64,000 nucleotides of DNA from an uncultured Bacilli bacterium. Lineage in GTDB: Bacteria; Bacillota_I; Bacilli_A; RF39; UBA660. This document shows, in pieces, positions 59,696-64,000 of this stretch. Every line of letters starts with the position of its first letter. Positions within the stretch are counted from its first letter, which is position 1. The translations under genes and the position numbers were made by a program. The notes under the pieces were generated by a model that made no database searches, was not told where the DNA came from, and saw only the letters and a program-made list of their open reading frames with translations. The DNA lies in assembly GCA_934096125.1 (NCBI GenBank), contig CAKOLB010000006.1, forward strand, positions 778 through 64,777, in the 5' to 3' direction.

Positions 59696-60586
59696 TTATT
59701 CATTATTTTCTTTAAAACCTAGTTCTACTAAATATCTTTCTTTTTCCTTCCAGTTTTTAATAGTTTTCACATAAAGTTCTAAGTAAACTTTTTTACCCAC
59801 TAGTTCTTTTTCTATCTCACTTCTAGCTAAACTTCCAACCATCTTCAGTCTACTTCCACCTTTACCTATAATTATTTTCTTTAAATTATCTCTATCTACT
59901 ATTATATCTACTATTATATTGACAATATCTTTTTTCTCTTCAAAGCTTTCTGTATAACAAGTAATGCTGTGAGGAACTTCATCTTCTGTCACTTGCAATA
60001 GCTTTTCCCGCACAATCTCACTTACCATAAATTTTAAGCTACTACTAGTATAATATTCATCGGGAAAATACTTCACATCATCATGTAAATATTTAAGAGT
60101 TACATCCACCAGCCTTTTTATGTTATCACTTTTTAACCCTGATACAGGCACTATCTCTGCAAACGGATACATATCTTTATGTTCATCTATTATCTTTAAA
60201 AGCTTCTCATTACTTAGTCTATCTATTTTATTTAAAACAAGCACCACCGGCACATCTACATTTTTTAAGGTACTTAAAATATATTTATCCCCTTTACCAA
60301 TACCTGATGCTGCATCTACCACAAACAAAATAATATCAACATCACTGGTATTAGCCATCGCTTCTTTATTTAAAAACCTTCCAAACTTTCCAACCGGCTT
60401 ATGAATACCAGGCGTATCCACAAACACTATTTGGGCATCTTTATCATTATATATTCCTTGAATAACATTTCTAGTTGTCCCTGCAACATCACTAGTAATT
60501 GCAACTTTTCTTTTAACAATAGCATTAATCAAAGTACTCTTCCCAACATTTGGTCTTCCAATTACACATGCAAATCCACTTCTCAT
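59696..60586 (-). CDS. era: GTPase Era
   Basis: G1 GRPNVGKST, G3 DTPG, G4 NKID, plus a KH domain. Confidence 0.9.
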   Translation of the reverse strand: MRSGFACVIGRPNVGKSTLINAIVKRKVAITSDVAGTTRNVIQGIYNDKDAQIVFVDTPGIHKPVGKFGRFLNKEAMANTSDVDIILFVVDAASGIGKGDKYILSTLKNVDVPVVLVLNKIDRLSNEKLLKIIDEHKDMYPFAEIVPVSGLKSDNIKRLVDVTLKYLHDDVKYFPDEYYTSSSLKFMVSEIVREKLLQVTEDEVPHSITCYTESFEEKKDIVNIIVDIIVDRDNLKKIIIGKGGSRLKMVGSLARSEIEKELVGKKVYLELYVKTIKNWKEKERYLVELGFKENNE

Positions 60587-60595
60587 AAATCCCCC

Positions 60596-60991
60596 TTAAA
60601 AAAGTGCTATAACCTTTGGTACAAAGATAAAAAGACAAATAATTAAAGCCATAATACTACTAACAAAAGCCGCCGCACTTCCACAGTCCTTAGCAATTTT
60701 TGCAAGCGGATGAATTTCTTTAGTAATAAGGTCAACTGCTGCTTCAATCGCCGTATTTAAAAGTTCTACTGCCAGTACTACCACAAGCGCAATAATCACA
60801 ATTGCCCACTGCGTAAAACTAATTCTAAGTAAAGCTCCAAGAGTTAAGGCAGCTACCGTACTAATCGCATGAAGCCATAAACTTTGCTCATTTTTATAAG
60901 CATAAACCAAACCATCAATTGAATAATCAATACTATTTAAAAACCTTTGAAAACTCATTTTCTTATGTTCTTCGCGTTTCTTCGAACTCAT
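60596..60991 (-). CDS. dgkA: diacylglycerol/undecaprenol kinase
   Basis: Three TM helices and the DgkA signature (ELLNTAIEAAVD). The true start is probably the internal ATG of MSFQRF, near 60958, which avoids overlap with ybeY. Confidence 0.8.
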   Translation of the reverse strand: MSSKKREEHKKMSFQRFLNSIDYSIDGLVYAYKNEQSLWLHAISTVAALTLGALLRISFTQWAIVIIALVVVLAVELLNTAIEAAVDLITKEIHPLAKIAKDCGSAAAFVSSIMALIICLFIFVPKVIALF

Positions 60992-61472
60992 TTAAAATCA
61001 ACTCCTGCCGTGCAAACATTTCTTTTTCTTCTTTTTCTCCTAGAGTATGGTCATAACCCAATAAATGTAGTATACCATGAACTGTTAAAAAAGCAAGTTC
61101 TCTTTTCTCACTATGACCATATTCTATGGCTTGAGCTTTCATCTTTGGAATACTTATAAATATTTCCCCCAAAACTCGCACCCCAGCATCAATACTTCCA
61201 TTATCTTCAAAAGCAAAAGATAACACATCAGTTGTGCGGTCAATCCCTCGGTAAGCTTTATTCATCTCATGCATCTTTTCATCACTGATAAAAACAAGGC
61301 TAAGGTAAGCATCACTTACCTTTTCCATCTTTAAAGCTTTATCTATCACTTTTTCTAAATAACCAGTGTCAACACTTTCATAATCTCCCTTTATAATATC
61401 AAAACTATTCATAGAAGTACTCCCATCATCTTTAGTAAGTAAATAACAATCACAACAAGTATTATGATGCAC
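60963..61472 (-). CDS. ybeY: endoribonuclease YbeY
   Basis: HGILHLLGYDH zinc motif. The likely start is the internal ATG of MNSFDI, about 61412. Confidence 0.85.
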   Translation of the reverse strand: MHHNTCCDCYLLTKDDGSTSMNSFDIIKGDYESVDTGYLEKVIDKALKMEKVSDAYLSLVFISDEKMHEMNKAYRGIDRTTDVLSFAFEDNGSIDAGVRVLGEIFISIPKMKAQAIEYGHSEKRELAFLTVHGILHLLGYDHTLGEKEEKEMFARQELILNEFEETRRT

Positions 61473-62023
61473 ACCACATTTAAAATGCTTTCCTTTTGCA
61501 AAACTTTTGGTAAATGTCTATATATTGCACTTCCTCCAATATATAAAAGATACCCAATAATACAACCTAAAACATTTAATATAATATCATCAACATCAAA
61601 ACTTCTCCCAATATTAAGCTGAACAAACTCTACTGTTGAAGAAACAATCAAAGATATCAAAAATGGCGATAGCACAGTTTTCGGTTTAATATAGGCTGAG
61701 GCAATAATCCCAAACACCACAAAAGCTGCAATATTTCCAAACACATTATAAATAAAAAGCCTACTTCCAACTTCATACCTAAATATCTCTGTAAAGGGCA
61801 CTAAATTATACCCTCCTCCTTGGTTAAGCTCAACTTTTGTTAAAAGTTGAAAGAGCAAAAATATATAAACAATACTTATAACGGTAAAAAACTCTTTATA
61901 AAAGGATGTCTTCTCTCTACTTGTTTTAACCGCAAAAAAACGCATGCTTACAATAGTCACTATAAATATTACTAGTATTGACCAGTTATCTTCCAAAACT
62001 GTCTTAATCGTATTTAAAAACAT
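61409..62023 (-). CDS. VanZ-like family membrane protein
   Basis: Four TM helices with the N.VPF and N...F.P.G motifs of VanZ-like proteins. Confidence 0.5.
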   Translation of the reverse strand: MFLNTIKTVLEDNWSILVIFIVTIVSMRFFAVKTSREKTSFYKEFFTVISIVYIFLLFQLLTKVELNQGGGYNLVPFTEIFRYEVGSRLFIYNVFGNIAAFVVFGIIASAYIKPKTVLSPFLISLIVSSTVEFVQLNIGRSFDVDDIILNVLGCIIGYLLYIGGSAIYRHLPKVLQKESILNVVCIIILVVIVIYLLKMMGVLL

Positions 62024-62024
62024 C

Positions 62025-63161
62025 TTAATTACTCATTTCCTCTCTAGTTGTACTTATAAGTTCTTTTACTATTATAAATACATCTATATCCATTGTACTA
62101 TTATTTACTACTTTTTTCAAAACTTTTTTATCTATTATTTCTCCTTTATTTTGAAGCTGCACCATTATACTATCACCACTTTTTTCTAAGGCATACAAAA
62201 GCACTTCTTCCTCACTTCTTTTTTTAACTACCCTTTTTCTTTCTTCTTCCCTTGTTATATATATTTGATAATCAAAAATATCTAGCACTTTCTTATAATT
62301 AGTATCATACTCTTTATATCTACTTTTAAGTATCTTTTTTTCTTTTCCCTCATGTTTATATACTATATTATATTTCTTCTTCCCCGTTTTATATTTATCA
62401 TTATAGTTATAAGGAACTTTAATATTTACTGTATACCAAGTTGTCGCATAAACTTCTCCATCTGCACACACATTTCTTTTTACTTCCTCATTATGTTTTA
62501 TTACCCCACTAATTAGTATATCCCCTTTTCTAACATAATCATTTACATTTACTTTCGCTTCACCCGCTCTTACTTGTACTGCACTTACAACCCCATTTTT
62601 ACTAGCAACTACATCACACACTTTTGTATTTTCTTCTATATCTACTATCTTTCTCTCTTCTACCCGAACAGTCATAACCATTCCCTTTACTTCAAACTCC
62701 ATCCAATCGAGCGTCTTCGGATGCTTATCTAGTATTTCTCCCCTAATTTTATTAAGTTTTGCATAACTTTTCTTAAAACTAAGCACCTTTATCCCATAAT
62801 TATCAAGTTCATCTTTAATAATATCTCTAATTTCTTGATTTTCATGAACAATATTAATCTTCACAATCATATTTTGAAGCCCAAACATTAAAACAAGGCC
62901 AAGCACAACTGCCACTACCCATATCTTATTATCATGCCAAAAATCTATAAGTTTTCCCAGCCCCATTTTTTTAACAACCTTAAACTTATAGCTAACTAAA
63001 TACTTTTCTAATCTTTCAAGACTCTCTTTAGAAACCAGCAAATAAATATATTCTCCATTATATTTAGCATCATAAACCAAAACGTCCATATACTCAAGTT
63101 TACTTATCAACTTGTAATAATCAAGACATCTTGCTCTTACCCATATCTTATTATCTTTCAT
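62025..63161 (-). CDS. yqfD: sporulation protein YqfD
   Basis: About 380 aa with a single central TM helix. Sits downstream of yqfC and upstream of ybeY, matching the Bacillus yqfC-yqfD...ybeY cluster. Confidence 0.6.
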   Translation of the reverse strand: MKDNKIWVRARCLDYYKLISKLEYMDVLVYDAKYNGEYIYLLVSKESLERLEKYLVSYKFKVVKKMGLGKLIDFWHDNKIWVVAVVLGLVLMFGLQNMIVKINIVHENQEIRDIIKDELDNYGIKVLSFKKSYAKLNKIRGEILDKHPKTLDWMEFEVKGMVMTVRVEERKIVDIEENTKVCDVVASKNGVVSAVQVRAGEAKVNVNDYVRKGDILISGVIKHNEEVKRNVCADGEVYATTWYTVNIKVPYNYNDKYKTGKKKYNIVYKHEGKEKKILKSRYKEYDTNYKKVLDIFDYQIYITREEERKRVVKKRSEEEVLLYALEKSGDSIMVQLQNKGEIIDKKVLKKVVNNSTMDIDVFIIVKELISTTREEMSN

Positions 63162-63408
63162 ATACTTTACTTAACCCTTGTATACTTCCCTTAATAAGTA
63201 TCTCATTCTTAGCCATTTTCACAATAAAAAGCGATCTTCCCTTGATTAGAACACTAAAATCTTCCATATCCAGCTTAATAGCATCTTCTTTAATATATAC
63301 AAGTTTCTTATAATTAAAAACATGCACATATTTATCATACATACTTATAAAATAATCTTTATCATATAGAAAATTAAGTAATGTATCTTTAATATGCACA
63401 TGTATCAC
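63151..63408 (-). CDS. yqfC: sporulation protein YqfC
   Basis: 85 aa with YqfC-like sequence (...VLIKGRSLFI..M..NEILIKGSIQ), immediately upstream of and overlapping yqfD. Confidence 0.5.
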   Translation of the reverse strand: MIHVHIKDTLLNFLYDKDYFISMYDKYVHVFNYKKLVYIKEDAIKLDMEDFSVLIKGRSLFIVKMAKNEILIKGSIQGLSKVYER

Positions 63409-63894
63409 CTTTAGTAATTATATGAATTTAACTCTTAATATAATTACTTCAAAAAGTTTTATACTGTAATTCGACTTACCTACGGACAATTTTTCAAATA
63501 AAAGAAAATGATATAATACAATGTATACCGTGGCCTGTACTGTTGTTCTATTTCTAACTATCATTGATAACGATTATTCTAAAAATACCAATTGTTATAA
63601 AACTGAAAAGATTGTTACTCATAAAGTTTATAAAAATAAAGGGAAAGTACGGGTTATGTCCTTATTTAGGATTGGTTTAACTTTATTTCATCGAGCTGTA
63701 AATTCACTAAAGTATATTCGATTGCCAATAAGATTTATTCTCTATGATATTTAACGATAAAATTTTTATGACATTTCATATTAACATTTTCAACAAAATC
63801 TTTTTCGCGTGCAATAAATTTAGAAATTGCATATTCACAAGTGTAAATATGTGGTTTTTCACCATCTTAAGCATCTAATTAGCAACATAGTGTA

Positions 63895-63947
63895 TCAAAA
63901 AAGAGGCAAATCGTCGAGCACTGGTCGAACTTTTTGCCTCTTTTTGG
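63895..63947. terminator. putative bidirectional terminator hairpin
   Basis: AAGAGGCAAA (63901-63910) pairs with TTTGCCTCTT (63933-63942). There is an A-run before and a T-run after. The 22-nt loop is unusually long. Confidence 0.4.
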
Positions 63948-64000
63948 CTCGGTTTCACCGTTGTTTTTTTAAAACTGTCCGTCAATCAGCCTATTCTAAT

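Noticed and set aside
63521-63754. 77-aa plus-strand ORF downstream of yqfC.
   Set aside because: No SD and odd composition. It is probably intergenic. The adjacent region 63755..63890 also shows no convincing gene.
1-64000. Scanned for CRISPR arrays, rRNA genes, IS elements and integrases.
   Set aside because: There are no regularly spaced direct repeats, no rRNA-like conserved stretches and no transposase or integrase-like ORFs. Only decayed fragments were found, the RhuM and XRE remnants.

Overview
The window is a very AT-rich stretch of 64 kb from an endospore-forming, low-GC Firmicute, most likely Clostridia-like. This is inferred from the GerA-type germinant receptor operon, spoIIP, yqfC/yqfD, single-chain glyQS and the rplS-lepB arrangement. 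Most genes are housekeeping and lie on the minus strand in blocks. These include tag-lepB-rplS, pnp-rpsO, infC-rpmI-rplT, thrS with a T-box leader, dnaB-dnaI, rpsU, lepA-hemW, spoIIP, rpsT, miaA, frr-tsf-rpsB, rseP-cdsA, sepF-divIVA, and glyQS-recO-era-dgkA-ybeY. A tRNA-Lys(CUU) gene sits at 13629-13704.

Between these conserved blocks are accessory insertions:
- An unannotated two-peptide bacteriocin locus. It has two double-glycine-leader prepeptides that fall below the ORF-track cutoff, a C39-peptidase ABC exporter and a small accessory protein.
- A HerA/DUF87 ATPase overlapping an alpha/beta hydrolase, next to tRNA-Lys. This is a candidate novel two-gene module.
- A Y-family polymerase, YolD-like protein and XRE regulator cassette on the other flank of the tRNA.
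- A sortase B with an NPATG-anchored beta-helix surface protein, and a MucBP protein.
- A RhuM remnant beside a perfect 25-bp palindrome.
- A protein with tandem sigma-70 region-4 domains, and an unknown overlapping gene pair.

Ribosomal proteins L20 and S2 both carry a near-identical, DNA-level-duplicated C-terminal Rho_N-like module. No CRISPR array, rRNA or intact transposase was seen.
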